Part shown: positions 50,001 to 60,056 of the stretch, piece after piece
How positions within the stretch are numbered: position 1 is the first letter of the stretch
Layout of the letters: every line of letters begins with the position of its first letter
IMG/VR virus record: IMGVR_UViG_3300042940_001591
DNA from: a virus
Taxonomy: Duplodnaviria > Caudoviricetes
Length of the DNA stretch: 64,000 nt
Direction: 5' to 3' (one strand)
Program-made: the position numbers and the translations under genes
Notes under the pieces: model-generated
Told to the model about the DNA's origin: nothing
The model's database searches: none
The model's input: the letters and a program-made list of their open reading frames with translations, nothing else

Positions 50001-52873
50001 TCGCCAGGAACGTTAAATCCGGGGCAAGTGAAAAATGCTCCTGTATCAATCGAAGATGTTATTCCACTTATAATATCAACATTTTCAGTTAGATACTTTT
50101 TATATCTATGATATTGGGAACCCCACTTTAACATTAAATGATATGGAATATAGTGTGAAGAACTTACTTCTTTAAATAACGAAGAAGGTCTTGTACTTGA
50201 TAATCCAAAGTTAACCATTTCATCTAAATCAACAAATGGTAATGAGTTTAATAAAAGATACGCGGAACCCACATATTTTCCGTATGATGATGTTTTATGT
50301 AAATCGTTATATAATTGTTTATGAAAATATGGTGTGTTTAAAATATTAACAGAACTAAATAAACCATCAGAAGTATCTAAATCTAATTTTCTTGCAAAAA
50401 TATCTGTTGTATAACCATCTTTAATCCAAAACAATGAATTGATTGGTGAACTAATTAACCCTTCTTTAGTGTTTACCTGTAAAATACCTTCAAATTTAAA
50501 TTCTTGAGGTTCAAATTTTGGTTTTTTAATATAAGACAAGTATTGTTCAGAATTGAATGGGTATATTTTTGTTCTATATGGTTCCGCTAAATATGAAAAT
50601 AAATTACTATTTAAGTTTTTATAAAGATTCCCTGACTCACCACTTTTTTTAGATGTTGTATATTCTTCTATTTGAAATGGTTTTGCCAATAATTGGTTAA
50701 CATATTCTACCGTTGGTAATTGGTCTTGTACATATGGATATCTTTCAAATGGTGAAAACGATAAAAGGTATTGTTCCATTTTTTCTTTACTATCTATCGT
50801 ATTTAAAATATCTATAATATCATAATCTTCTTTTAATAGTTTCTCCAAATTAGAAAAATCAATTAATGCCAATTCTTTTATTGATGCATTATTAAAAGTG
50901 TCAATTGCCATCGTATATCTAGACCTTTCATATATTTCATATATAAGAGAAGAAATAGATTTATTTGAATATGGAACATTTGGTGTTAAACTTAATAACG
51001 TTGATATATTATTGAAATTTTGTTCTTGTGAATTTTCTTCAAAAATGTAACTAATATTACCAACATTACCTTCTTTTTGTGCTAATGAGTCGAGTCTTTT
51101 AGTTGCAACTCCGTGGTAGTTTTCAAGAAAATCTATTTCAGGCCAAAGTGATCTGTTAAAACTTTGTAATTTTTGTTGTAACTCAGGGTCTCCTGGATAC
51201 GCCAAAACTTTTTGTTTGTTTGGTGTTTGTTTTTTAATTTCAGGCCATGGGTAAATTTGTCCGTCTTTTGACTCATCTTCTAAATTACCTATTATTTTTT
51301 TTCTTCTTTCCGCAACTTCAAATGCTCTATTATGAACATCTTTCATTAATCTAATGTAAACATCTGCATTTGCAAGAATAACACCTATAATATTTCTTAT
51401 TGTAGGTTCAAAACCAATTCCACCCTTTGTTGGGTCTTTAATAACTTCATTAATTTTTTGTTCAACTTTAGCCTCTAACTTGTCTCTTTGTGCAACAAAT
51501 GATTTTTGTATGTTGAATATGTCCGTTAAAATTGCATTTAAGTTTACAATTATTTTACCTTCGTGAGGTGCAAAACCATTACAGTACTCACCAACTTTTT
51601 TAATTTGATTAATAAAAGAAAATGTTTCTTTTTTAAAATCAGCCCCTGTATCGTTAATGTATTTTTGGGCAAATAACTGTGTTTTTAATAGTTCTTTTGG
51701 GTATTCTATTAATATTTTTTCTAATGTTCCGGCTTTTTCTGGATTTATTAATTTAGTTGTACTTGTTTTTTCCTGTCCTGAAAGATAACTATATGTAACT
51801 CCTGTGACTCCATTTATTTCAAATGTGTTTTTTTCTAAGTTAATTGAACCCCAAGTTCTAACCGCAGTTTCAAAATTCTGTACTGTTTTTTCAAATTCCT
51901 TTAAACCTGCAAATATTTTATAATCAACCACTTGGTTGAATATTTCCTTTTCTAATATTTTATCTAAACTTCTTGCAACCGTAATAACTTCTCTTAGTGT
52001 TTTCGTTGGGAAGTTTTTAGGTAATAATCCCTTTGCAATATATTCATCATATACCGACCTCAACATTGTATAACCTCTTGAAGATTTTGAAACCTTCTTC
52101 TCGTATCTACCCGTTTTTTCGTTAAAAGATGTGTTTGTTTCTTTTTCAATTGCATACATATACGGAGCATTTAATATACCCGTTAATGGTATGTCGTTTA
52201 GATATGCATATGTTGAACCAACAAATGTGGTTGAAACTTCAAAATTACCATTTGATTCGTTGTATTTTGTATTAAATTTAACTAAATGTAAACGATATCT
52301 AATTGCCTTACCATAATATCCTTTTACTGTTAAGTAAAATATTGGCCAAGGCATGTGAAAAAACGCATTATATGGTGAATTCTCAGGAGACTCAAATAAA
52401 GTCTTACCTCTAACATCGATAAAGTTTATGTTAATTTGTGGTATGAAATTTGCACCTTTGATATTGATGTTAATACTGTCAATACCAAAAGATTGTGCGG
52501 TTCCATCATAACCTTTATTTTCAACACCTTTATAAATTTGATTACCGTTAGAATCTTTTTCAGTAACAACGTTGTCACTACCATTATATGCCTCGGTCCA
52601 TGACGTATCGTAATCTCCTGTTTTTGGTTTTAGAATGTTGAGTGTTCCTTTTGCAACAGAGACCAATGTGGTTTTATTACCCGAATCAACTAATGTGGTT
52701 CTTGGAATTAAATCAGCCTCTAAATTAACATACATCACCAAGTTTTCTTGTTTAACCCCTCTTTCTTCAACAACGCCATTGTTCACAACGCTGTTTGGGT
52801 CGATGTATATTAAATTGTTTTGGTCAACTTTGACTAATATATTTTCACCACTGTTTAACTTATTGTTCGCCAT
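47078..52873 (-). CDS. very large baseplate hub-like protein
   Basis: 1931 aa; late gpD/gp27-like C-terminal signature YTCDVTCLGNVMIQP...GSYWITEVSHKI...TTSFKGTR; follows the LysM-like gene. Confidence 0.7.
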   Translation of the reverse strand: MANNKLNSGENILVKVDQNNLIYIDPNSVVNNGVVEERGVKQENLVMYVNLEADLIPRTTLVDSGNKTTLVSVAKGTLNILKPKTGDYDTSWTEAYNGSDNVVTEKDSNGNQIYKGVENKGYDGTAQSFGIDSININIKGANFIPQININFIDVRGKTLFESPENSPYNAFFHMPWPIFYLTVKGYYGKAIRYRLHLVKFNTKYNESNGNFEVSTTFVGSTYAYLNDIPLTGILNAPYMYAIEKETNTSFNEKTGRYEKKVSKSSRGYTMLRSVYDEYIAKGLLPKNFPTKTLREVITVARSLDKILEKEIFNQVVDYKIFAGLKEFEKTVQNFETAVRTWGSINLEKNTFEINGVTGVTYSYLSGQEKTSTTKLINPEKAGTLEKILIEYPKELLKTQLFAQKYINDTGADFKKETFSFINQIKKVGEYCNGFAPHEGKIIVNLNAILTDIFNIQKSFVAQRDKLEAKVEQKINEVIKDPTKGGIGFEPTIRNIIGVILANADVYIRLMKDVHNRAFEVAERRKKIIGNLEDESKDGQIYPWPEIKKQTPNKQKVLAYPGDPELQQKLQSFNRSLWPEIDFLENYHGVATKRLDSLAQKEGNVGNISYIFEENSQEQNFNNISTLLSLTPNVPYSNKSISSLIYEIYERSRYTMAIDTFNNASIKELALIDFSNLEKLLKEDYDIIDILNTIDSKEKMEQYLLSFSPFERYPYVQDQLPTVEYVNQLLAKPFQIEEYTTSKKSGESGNLYKNLNSNLFSYLAEPYRTKIYPFNSEQYLSYIKKPKFEPQEFKFEGILQVNTKEGLISSPINSLFWIKDGYTTDIFARKLDLDTSDGLFSSVNILNTPYFHKQLYNDLHKTSSYGKYVGSAYLLLNSLPFVDLDEMVNFGLSSTRPSSLFKEVSSSHYIPYHLMLKWGSQYHRYKKYLTENVDIISGITSSIDTGAFFTCPGFNVPGEIEIGNETVSDVLDTGVHPFYDALYHQFINDYSHFDINAPSGVNSFTGRTTSNTINFDRVSNGDEFRYWTSFVDNSKLKSTDTHYTLLPSVGANSSSNLDLTTGSDSEKNFNKGQNSFRIVWTDETVYTTYTGKTFPSYDEYHIDVNFGDYLVMDSSIKFKKVNDLIATFSPDILDKFEEYFLDFATERVIEETPYKKFKSVKQDNFQNLLKSIVTVKKKDSDPTNTNLLIKTLREQQLENLKTITKDILSDSNLIKITIGNPKEIDLYTWNGFAESGSVKSFSYNNFDIVQTGDTTNQKDLKLIIGTEPYTGTPTNYYVEFFSTNNVEFTEEYFRIFRPLVYIYAGYRKNGGTNTKGAFQQYLISNILSYNTIFHNGIQNRQDLYLNTIISKLVGLKSETKTIQQTILNGYNDSPMKLEQYNYFKSFNDKWIAGNSIGQRLLLEEFLFLDKANRDIGDKAYFSLEKLIPLEEPENDKQNLYGLIGMLINGTGFDMRGLPAYVNFYGTNLTTKSKLTPSKKVAQNLFGTFLEVDYQESSPKMILQYTGPTSKHLEMADVSKKYNFNDDSFNVGNANKNPLVITIPDIFSNADLSKSNKVVAFEVNFGDQNQSIFKGVSLDQSSIRNTTESFIAQENLGRSESGSGAHQVDIGLFDIYRQASYTCDVTCLGNVMIQPTMYFYLKNIPMFKGSYWITEVSHKINNNNITTSFKGTRIPYASLPDPKDSFMASYRALFDRITKSAVARVKQDSLNITGSTKNEKSISTDQGTFTIDMGGKEQEIKGEQLTKETGVNVFGVRYNGYNGEKYIQKVTYNKNEYFRAIAVGMGGKTYKPEDAIQMNLLSRLKSKTIQGTTMNNNGEYVSYLTWGDINKEKDFYSLRFDLSVASADIIIGTVNKTQGVNITHAGATTHFLNPKTNKKITITPNGSNPITKDNITGPINVGPNLDGYGIALSQSLMTKLGLYDGDVVYFTMT

Positions 52874-53186
52874 AATATAACTTGTACAATTCTACAGCAC
52901 TTTTGTAATCTTGTAAAGTGCTAATCAGAGGAAATGGTATTCTAATAAAAGAATTATCAGGTATTTCAAATTCCACACTACCAAGTAATGGATTTGCTTG
53001 TAATATAATCCAACCAAATAATGGTGAGTTATAATACTCTTGTGATATTTTATCTAATCTATCTTTACCCCTTTTGTATTGCATATACTTATCACTTCCC
53101 TTTATAGGAATTTCAATGCCAGGGACAATTCTAAATTTACCGTCCGCTAAAAAATATTGGTACCTGTCAAAATAGTCCCTACTCAT
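52860..53186 (-). CDS. LysM-like baseplate wedge protein (T4 gp53/P2 gpX-like)
   Basis: KRGKDRLDKISQEYYNSPLFGWIILQANP...IRIP; 108 aa. Confidence 0.8.
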   Translation of the reverse strand: MSRDYFDRYQYFLADGKFRIVPGIEIPIKGSDKYMQYKRGKDRLDKISQEYYNSPLFGWIILQANPLLGSVEFEIPDNSFIRIPFPLISTLQDYKSAVELYKLYYGEQ

Positions 53187-56100
53187 GGTTTATAATAATT
53201 TAGTTTATCACCTATTTTATTCTTTGTATTAAATATTTTCTTCAAATCTGTTTTCGCTTCCGTGGTTAACTCCCCCGTTACTACCTCAAATTCAATTTCT
53301 TTATCATTTTTCTTAACAGGAAATTTATCTAATTTAAACTTCTTCTCTGTTGGTTTTGTAATAAAATTATCAAATTTCTTTTCTAATTTTGTTTTTATCT
53401 TATCTGTAAAGTTTACAGTATCAACGTTATATAAATCTAAAATACTTTTCTTTTCATCTTTAAGTAATACAGATAACATATCATTCATATCTTGTGGTGA
53501 TAATGCTGAATAATCTAATGTAGTTGTAAAATCTTCTGTAAAATGTTGGAAGTTATTTTTAATATATGTTATAACGCTTGAATAGTTTGAATAAAAACCT
53601 TCATTTGTAAATCCCACACTAAAAGTAACTCCACTATAATTTTCCTTTTCTATTTTACCATCTCTTTCGTATTTTGTAATAAAATTAACTTTGTCTAATG
53701 CCTCAATCACCTCTTTTCTAACATCTTCTACTTTTTTCATTTCCTTAAAATCACTAATCTTTTGTGTCTTATCTGAAATTAATTTTTTAACATATGGTTT
53801 TAATAAGTCATTTGAATTAGATACTAATGATGATGGTAATACGTCTGAAAATCCTAAAACACTAGTTAAATCCGCAGTATTGGAAACATAATTAACTAAT
53901 GAGTCAGTTAATCTTATTTTTAATTTATTTAAATCAAGAGAAGGTTTATATTCTCCCAATAGTTTTATGTCTTCTGCAGATGTTGTATTGGTATTAACAG
54001 TATATCCAGTTATTGTTCTAAAATTTTGTGATAAAAACATTTGACCTATTTTTGGACCAAAGTTCTTTATAACTTCATTATATGCGGTTTGGTATGTATT
54101 AAAGTAATTTCCAACACTACTATAAACCATATCAATGGTGTTAGTATATTTCATCTTATTTCCATTTGGGGTTCCGATATATGTTCCCTCAACTGTTTTG
54201 TTTGAGTTTGCTGAATCGTTTTTACCTTCTAACGAAAATCCGTTTCTTTTTTGTAATTCTTCTAAAAAATCTTTTGTGAATTTTTCAGCGTCTTTTCCGT
54301 CTATTTTAGTTGTTGTAGAAATTGCTCTTTCATCATACATTTCTGTATTTGCAAAAAAGTTTGACGATAATGCATTTTGTAATCTCTCAACAGGTTTTTC
54401 TAAACCTTGTCCTCCAATAAATGAAACTTGTAAACTTACATTAGCAATCATTGGTTGTACACCAATTCCTTCTGGATTTAAATCCCAAGTACTATCTTCA
54501 TATGTAATTCCAACATCTCTAATAATAACTTTAGAATGGTAAAAATCACCAATTCTTAAAACACAAATAGGTGGTGGACCAAATGAAGTATTTCTTGCTC
54601 CCACATCTAATGGGTCCGAAACTCCTTTAATTGGGATTGTATCTCCAGGTCTTACACATTGCAATAAGAATGTTAATCTACTATTTAATCCTTCGGGTGT
54701 TGTTGAATGGAAACCCGGATGGAAATATCTTAATTTTTCTTTTAATGAGGTAAATGCAACTGGTGAATCTTCTTCTAACTTTTTAAAGTAATGACACTCC
54801 GATAATGTTTTCATAATGATTCTCTTCATCACATCTATAGTAGGTTTCCTATTCGGTACAGTCGTTGTACCATCTGGTTCAATTGTTGTTATTGGAACCG
54901 GTATATTTGGTACTGTAATTTCCTGTGGTTGTTCAGGTTTCTTCTTATAATCAAATTTAACTCTAGCTTGTCTACAATAAAATGCAATAGGTGATGTATC
55001 TTTAAGACCTTGTCTTGTTAATATTTTTTGATTACAATTTAAATTATCTTTACCACCTGTGTTTTTTAAAGTGGTATCTTCACCATTTGTATTAAATTTA
55101 AAAATAAACTTACCATCTACGTCATAACCAAAATCCTTAAATGTAAATTCTTTTACAAATTCTCCTGGTTTTTGATTGGTTCCTGTTTTTTCATATGGTT
55201 TTAAAACGGTATCGTTAAACCATTTTAGTTCAGGTGTTTTACCATTTGATATTCCTTTGAATATATCTTGAAAAATACTATGTCCTCTTCTAACACCTAA
55301 ATAAAAATTATATGTACTATCTGCAACTTCTGAAGTTGATGATGAAATTGAAAAAGTAACTTCGCTAACCGTCTTACCTGTAATATCAGATTTTAATGCA
55401 GCTAATTTTGTATTGTATTCTGTATACCCACTTGTTAATTCATCAAACCCTGTTGCAATTTTTTGTGCTTCTTTACTAATTGTGGCTCCACTTGTTGCAG
55501 AATCAATAGATTCTTTACCAAAAATAACCAATCTATCTTTTTTATGATTTTCGGTTGTTCCTACCACTAATTCACCTAAATCGATAACAGTATTTCCAGT
55601 GTATGTTACTTTTTGTTTAACATACTGTTCATATAATTGTGTGTACGTTAAATTTGTTGATCCTTTTGTTGAACCATCTTTTTTAGGATAATCGTTTGCA
55701 AAATAAAATCTCTTATCAAATTGTACCGTTGTGTCTTTACCTCCATTTTGTCCTTTATCGGGTTTAGGAAATGTAACTGGTGTTGTGGTATATTTGTATT
55801 TTTTAATTTCCTGTGGTGGTTTAGAAGAATTTAAATATAGTTTTATTAGATTAATATCGTCACTATCTAAAGTTGTATATGTTTGTATTAAACTATAAAA
55901 ATCAATTTCTTCACATCCAGCAAAAAATGCATTAATGTAATTATCCGCCTCTTCATCCGACATTCCTTTGAAGTGTTCTCTAACTAATAAATTTAAAATA
56001 CTTGGGTGATCAACAACAACTTTAAAAGATATTGTACCACTTCTTGATGTATTTTGATAAGTATAAATTGGTTCCGGTCTTCCTAAAAAAGAGTTCTCCT

Positions 56101-57934
56101 CCCATCTTGCACTATTCTGTTCGTTCATTTTTAAATCATATGGTGGGAACCACATAACACGACCTCCGTTATTACCCCTTTCACAAGCCGGTAAATCGGT
56201 AACTTTAAAACCATCTCTATTAGATGTTTTCCAAGCCAAATTCTCAATTGAGAACATATACTTTTTAGCGTAAAAACCTCCTCCATATGGATACTTGTCA
56301 ACTATATTTGTTGAACCATCAAAAGATTTATTACCGTTAGACATTGGTGCATAATTTAAATTCCACGGTGTACTTCCTCCTCCCATTACACTACCGTCAA
56401 ATTTTCTTACATTACCTGTTCTTTTCATGGTATCGGAATAGTGCATATATGACCTATCCTTTGTCCATACTCTACAATATTCAACACCACTTTCTTCACC
56501 TGAAAATTTATTTGTGTATTTGATTGCAGAACCTTTTGATATTCTTAAATCACCTTCTCCAAATACTCTACTTGTTTGGTCGATTACATTTCCAACATGT
56601 GAAATTGATCCTCCGTCGGATGGCATCGAATTTAAAATTTCCTGTGTAGTTCCTAATATAGAATCTTCTCTAAAATTAAATGCGGTGGATTTTGAATCGT
56701 CAAATGTTGATGATTCACTACCCCATTCTTTATTACCTGAACCTAATTTATTTTTAGAATTTTTACTAATCCATGTAAGATTACCGGTAATTTTACCTCC
56801 CTCAGTAATGTTTTTACTTCTGTGAAATAATTCGGCAGAAACTCTATCAAACATTATTGAAAGATAATATGGACTTCTAACGGGTCTATCATTAAAATCA
56901 CCCATCGCATATTTTACATCTTCACCTCTATCGTCCCCTATATATGCTATTCCCGCAGGTGCTTCAACACCTAAAATATTTTTTACACCTTGTGCTGCTC
57001 TGTCAATAAAATTAAATAATTTTGAGGTGTTTTGTGATCTTGCGGTTGTTGTATAATTTGGTGCATATTTGTTAAATGTTAACGTATCAAATAATCTATT
57101 TTTTTGACCGTCACCCATATATTCGATTAATAAGTCCGAAGGTTTTCTTGATAACCTTGGTCTTCTTTTTATACCAATTAATGAACCTAGTACACCTGTA
57201 ACATCTTGAAATAATTTACCAACTTCAGTTCTTGCTTGTGGTCTTATATTTACAGGATTTGCTGGATTCGATAAATAATCGCCAGGTATTTCACTAAATG
57301 GTAATTGTGTTCCTGAAATGGTTTGTAAAAAATCAATTGCTTTACCCGGTAAAGTTCTTGCTACTGTAATTTTATTATTAGGGTCAACCAATGGTTCTCT
57401 ACCCGTAACTATGTTAAACGCAGTTGCGGTATTACCATTAAGAGCATCCAATAATCTTAATCTACCATTTGTTGCTGTATCAATATTTCTTGATATTCTT
57501 GAAAGAACAGGTCCATCAGGATTGTTTTTAATATTGTTAGCCGCAAATTTAAATAATTCAGATTCATTATCATATTTTGATGAACCCATAATACCAACTA
57601 AATTATACGTTGGTGTATTTGTTGGGAAATAAGGATAAAGATTTAAACCATTACTTCTTCTTTGTATTAATACTGTATTTAAATCTTCAACAATTAAATA
57701 ATTGTCAGAAGGTTGATTAACATTTAAATTAGATATGTTATCAACTTGTGTCTTTCTACTTGTAGAATCGTTTAAAACAACGTCTCCATTGTCTTTATTA
57801 GACATGTCACTTAACTTATCAACTGAAAATGATGCATTACTAAAAGTCTGTGGACCATTAGGTACATTAAGTGTTTTACCTAATATATAATCTCTGAATT
57901 TTTTAGTCGAATTAAAGTCTAAGTAACTTGGCAT
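53183..57934 (-). CDS. tail tube initiator-like (T4 gp48/gp54, CIS tube-type) protein with inserted OmpA-like segment
   Basis: WFPPYDLKMNEQNSARWEENSFLGRPEPIYTYQNTSRSGTISF and PICVLRIGDFYHSKVIIRDVGITYE...PMIANVSL; 1583 aa. Confidence 0.7.
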   Translation of the reverse strand: MPSYLDFNSTKKFRDYILGKTLNVPNGPQTFSNASFSVDKLSDMSNKDNGDVVLNDSTSRKTQVDNISNLNVNQPSDNYLIVEDLNTVLIQRRSNGLNLYPYFPTNTPTYNLVGIMGSSKYDNESELFKFAANNIKNNPDGPVLSRISRNIDTATNGRLRLLDALNGNTATAFNIVTGREPLVDPNNKITVARTLPGKAIDFLQTISGTQLPFSEIPGDYLSNPANPVNIRPQARTEVGKLFQDVTGVLGSLIGIKRRPRLSRKPSDLLIEYMGDGQKNRLFDTLTFNKYAPNYTTTARSQNTSKLFNFIDRAAQGVKNILGVEAPAGIAYIGDDRGEDVKYAMGDFNDRPVRSPYYLSIMFDRVSAELFHRSKNITEGGKITGNLTWISKNSKNKLGSGNKEWGSESSTFDDSKSTAFNFREDSILGTTQEILNSMPSDGGSISHVGNVIDQTSRVFGEGDLRISKGSAIKYTNKFSGEESGVEYCRVWTKDRSYMHYSDTMKRTGNVRKFDGSVMGGGSTPWNLNYAPMSNGNKSFDGSTNIVDKYPYGGGFYAKKYMFSIENLAWKTSNRDGFKVTDLPACERGNNGGRVMWFPPYDLKMNEQNSARWEENSFLGRPEPIYTYQNTSRSGTISFKVVVDHPSILNLLVREHFKGMSDEEADNYINAFFAGCEEIDFYSLIQTYTTLDSDDINLIKLYLNSSKPPQEIKKYKYTTTPVTFPKPDKGQNGGKDTTVQFDKRFYFANDYPKKDGSTKGSTNLTYTQLYEQYVKQKVTYTGNTVIDLGELVVGTTENHKKDRLVIFGKESIDSATSGATISKEAQKIATGFDELTSGYTEYNTKLAALKSDITGKTVSEVTFSISSSTSEVADSTYNFYLGVRRGHSIFQDIFKGISNGKTPELKWFNDTVLKPYEKTGTNQKPGEFVKEFTFKDFGYDVDGKFIFKFNTNGEDTTLKNTGGKDNLNCNQKILTRQGLKDTSPIAFYCRQARVKFDYKKKPEQPQEITVPNIPVPITTIEPDGTTTVPNRKPTIDVMKRIIMKTLSECHYFKKLEEDSPVAFTSLKEKLRYFHPGFHSTTPEGLNSRLTFLLQCVRPGDTIPIKGVSDPLDVGARNTSFGPPPICVLRIGDFYHSKVIIRDVGITYEDSTWDLNPEGIGVQPMIANVSLQVSFIGGQGLEKPVERLQNALSSNFFANTEMYDERAISTTTKIDGKDAEKFTKDFLEELQKRNGFSLEGKNDSANSNKTVEGTYIGTPNGNKMKYTNTIDMVYSSVGNYFNTYQTAYNEVIKNFGPKIGQMFLSQNFRTITGYTVNTNTTSAEDIKLLGEYKPSLDLNKLKIRLTDSLVNYVSNTADLTSVLGFSDVLPSSLVSNSNDLLKPYVKKLISDKTQKISDFKEMKKVEDVRKEVIEALDKVNFITKYERDGKIEKENYSGVTFSVGFTNEGFYSNYSSVITYIKNNFQHFTEDFTTTLDYSALSPQDMNDMLSVLLKDEKKSILDLYNVDTVNFTDKIKTKLEKKFDNFITKPTEKKFKLDKFPVKKNDKEIEFEVVTGELTTEAKTDLKKIFNTKNKIGDKLNYYKP

Positions 57935-57955
57935 TATATTTTATAATAAATAGAT

Positions 57956-59884
57956 TTATTTAGTTTTTGGTGGTGCTGTATATTCATCATTACCTGTGTT
58001 TATAAAATCTTCTTTTACACTTGCATCTCTGATAATTTGTCTAGTCCAACCATCCATTAATGCTTCAGATGATTTAGCTGAAACTTCAACTTTCACAACT
58101 TTTGTTGATGAGGTATTTGCGGCCGCTTGTTTAGCTTCCGCAGCTTTCTTTTCTGCCTCCGCAACATTCATCGCATTTGTTTGTGTTGTAGCAGTACCTT
58201 GTGATTTTGGTTTTTCACCTTTAAGTTCGCTAATGTAATTACCAACCAACTTATTAAAGTTATCACTCATTTGAACCGTACCCTTTGAGACATTATCTGC
58301 AGTTTCTTTGACGAATTTCTGAGCATCTTCCCCCGTTAAACCCGCAGCTTCGGCTGCAGATTTAGCCATATTAACTACACGACCTCTTGTTGTAGCGGCC
58401 ATGAATCCAATATCTCTTTCTATGTTTTCCATAGCACTTAACTGTCCTCTTGCAATGTCTTCTGTAGACATTTTTTCAAATGCGGCTTGGTTTGCTAATA
58501 ATGTAGTTTTTTGTGCATTTGTTAAATCTTCTAAAATAACTTCTGTTTGTCCACCTAATTCACTCATTAAAGATTTAGGAACTTCAATAACCATTTTACC
58601 ATCTTTCATTTGTGATAAGTTAGTTAAGAATTCCCTTTCTTTATCTTCCATTACTAATCCACTTGTCATTAAAGCACTCGCAGCGGCAGTTCTTTCTGAA
58701 GCCGCTATTGCACCTTTAGCCAATTCTTGATACGATATACCCAATTCACTTGCCATTGCTTTGGCCTTTCTTAGGTTAACACCTGTAATTTCAAATCTAC
58801 CTTGTTCTTGATTATATGTGGTTAATGAACCCGCAGCACCAATTAATGCGTCTTGTAATCCTTCCACATTATTGGTTGCCATGTACATTAATTTTATTGG
58901 GTCACCAAAGTCACCCATAGCACCTCCCAATACCGATAAATTTGCACTTAATTCTAACGCACCTTCAGGACTAAACACTTTATCCGCAATCTGATAAACA
59001 GAATCCATACTTATTCTAAATTCATTGGCCTTTTGAACCATTCTATTTAATCCTTGTACACCATTTGCAAATCCAAATTCATTTAATTTTCCTAAATTGT
59101 CTCTTAAATCTTGTGTTGTTTTTTTACTATTCAAACCTAAAGATAATGAAGATTTACCAGCAGTATCAATGGCCTTGGTTGCGTCTGAAGCACCTAAACC
59201 GACTTTTTCAAATTGACCAAATACTCTACCCATTTCACTTAAATCTCCAACAAAAGACCTTGCGGTTGCTGCCGCTTGACCTATTGTTTCTTTTGATATG
59301 AGATTAAATCTACCCGATTCTGACATCATGTTTGTCATCATATCAGTTAGTTGTTGCATCCCATATCCTAATCTAAGTGTTGATGGATATGCGTCTATTA
59401 TTTCTTCTCTTAGACCTTTTGAAAGTTCCCCTTGCATACCAACTTTTTCGTTGATATCTGTTCTTAATTGAGCTTCTTGTTTTAATTGAGTTGCTATTCC
59501 ACCACCAACTTCTTCAACCAATCTACTAGCCATCCCCATTAGTCCTCCAGTTACCTGTCCTTTTTTATTAATAATATCTAACATATTACTAATTCTAAAC
59601 ATTTCACCTTCGGCGTATTGTGATGATTGTGTTTTTTGTGTGTCTATTGTTCCTCTTACAAAATCAACAGCCTTATTTCCAAAATTTTGTTTGGTATCCG
59701 TTATTGGTGTATTTGTTGTACCTAATTTTTCATTATATAACTTCCATGTACCTGCTAATGATGCTCCATCGGAGCTGTCTCCCTTATATGCTTTACCAAA
59801 TTCTTTTTGATACGCGTCGGCAAACGCAATTTTGAAAGCGCTTTCATTTGTAATTCCACTAGGTATTCTGCTTAATAATCCCAT
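57956..59884 (-). CDS. tail tape measure protein
   Basis: 642 aa, Ala/Gly/Leu-rich helical; located after tube and chaperone genes. Confidence 0.8.
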   Translation of the reverse strand: MGLLSRIPSGITNESAFKIAFADAYQKEFGKAYKGDSSDGASLAGTWKLYNEKLGTTNTPITDTKQNFGNKAVDFVRGTIDTQKTQSSQYAEGEMFRISNMLDIINKKGQVTGGLMGMASRLVEEVGGGIATQLKQEAQLRTDINEKVGMQGELSKGLREEIIDAYPSTLRLGYGMQQLTDMMTNMMSESGRFNLISKETIGQAAATARSFVGDLSEMGRVFGQFEKVGLGASDATKAIDTAGKSSLSLGLNSKKTTQDLRDNLGKLNEFGFANGVQGLNRMVQKANEFRISMDSVYQIADKVFSPEGALELSANLSVLGGAMGDFGDPIKLMYMATNNVEGLQDALIGAAGSLTTYNQEQGRFEITGVNLRKAKAMASELGISYQELAKGAIAASERTAAASALMTSGLVMEDKEREFLTNLSQMKDGKMVIEVPKSLMSELGGQTEVILEDLTNAQKTTLLANQAAFEKMSTEDIARGQLSAMENIERDIGFMAATTRGRVVNMAKSAAEAAGLTGEDAQKFVKETADNVSKGTVQMSDNFNKLVGNYISELKGEKPKSQGTATTQTNAMNVAEAEKKAAEAKQAAANTSSTKVVKVEVSAKSSEALMDGWTRQIIRDASVKEDFINTGNDEYTAPPKTK

Positions 59885-59888
59885 ATCA

Positions 59889-59896
59889 TATAAATA
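59889..59896 (-). promoter_or_regulatory. TATTTATA putative late-promoter motif
   Basis: Exact octamer 4 nt upstream of ATG 59884. Confidence 0.55.
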
Positions 59897-59901
59897 GATG
59901 T

Positions 59902-60056
59902 TTAATTATTTCCATTTTCTAATGATATTAAATATTGTATATAATAACGTCTGATATAGACGGGCATAGAAAGGATATCTCCATATGAGAATCCTCTTTT
60001 AACTAAAAATAAAATCTCGTCTAACTGTCCCTTTTTATAATCCGTAGAAAGGACGA
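59902..60056 (-). CDS. C-terminal extension of tail assembly chaperone (gp51-like), probably reached by frameshift
   Basis: Frame reading F-V-LSTDYKKGQLDEILFLVKRGFSYGDILSMPVYIRRYYIQYL has no credible ATG start and overlaps the end of 60035..60784 across a TTTTTTC run. Confidence 0.7.
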
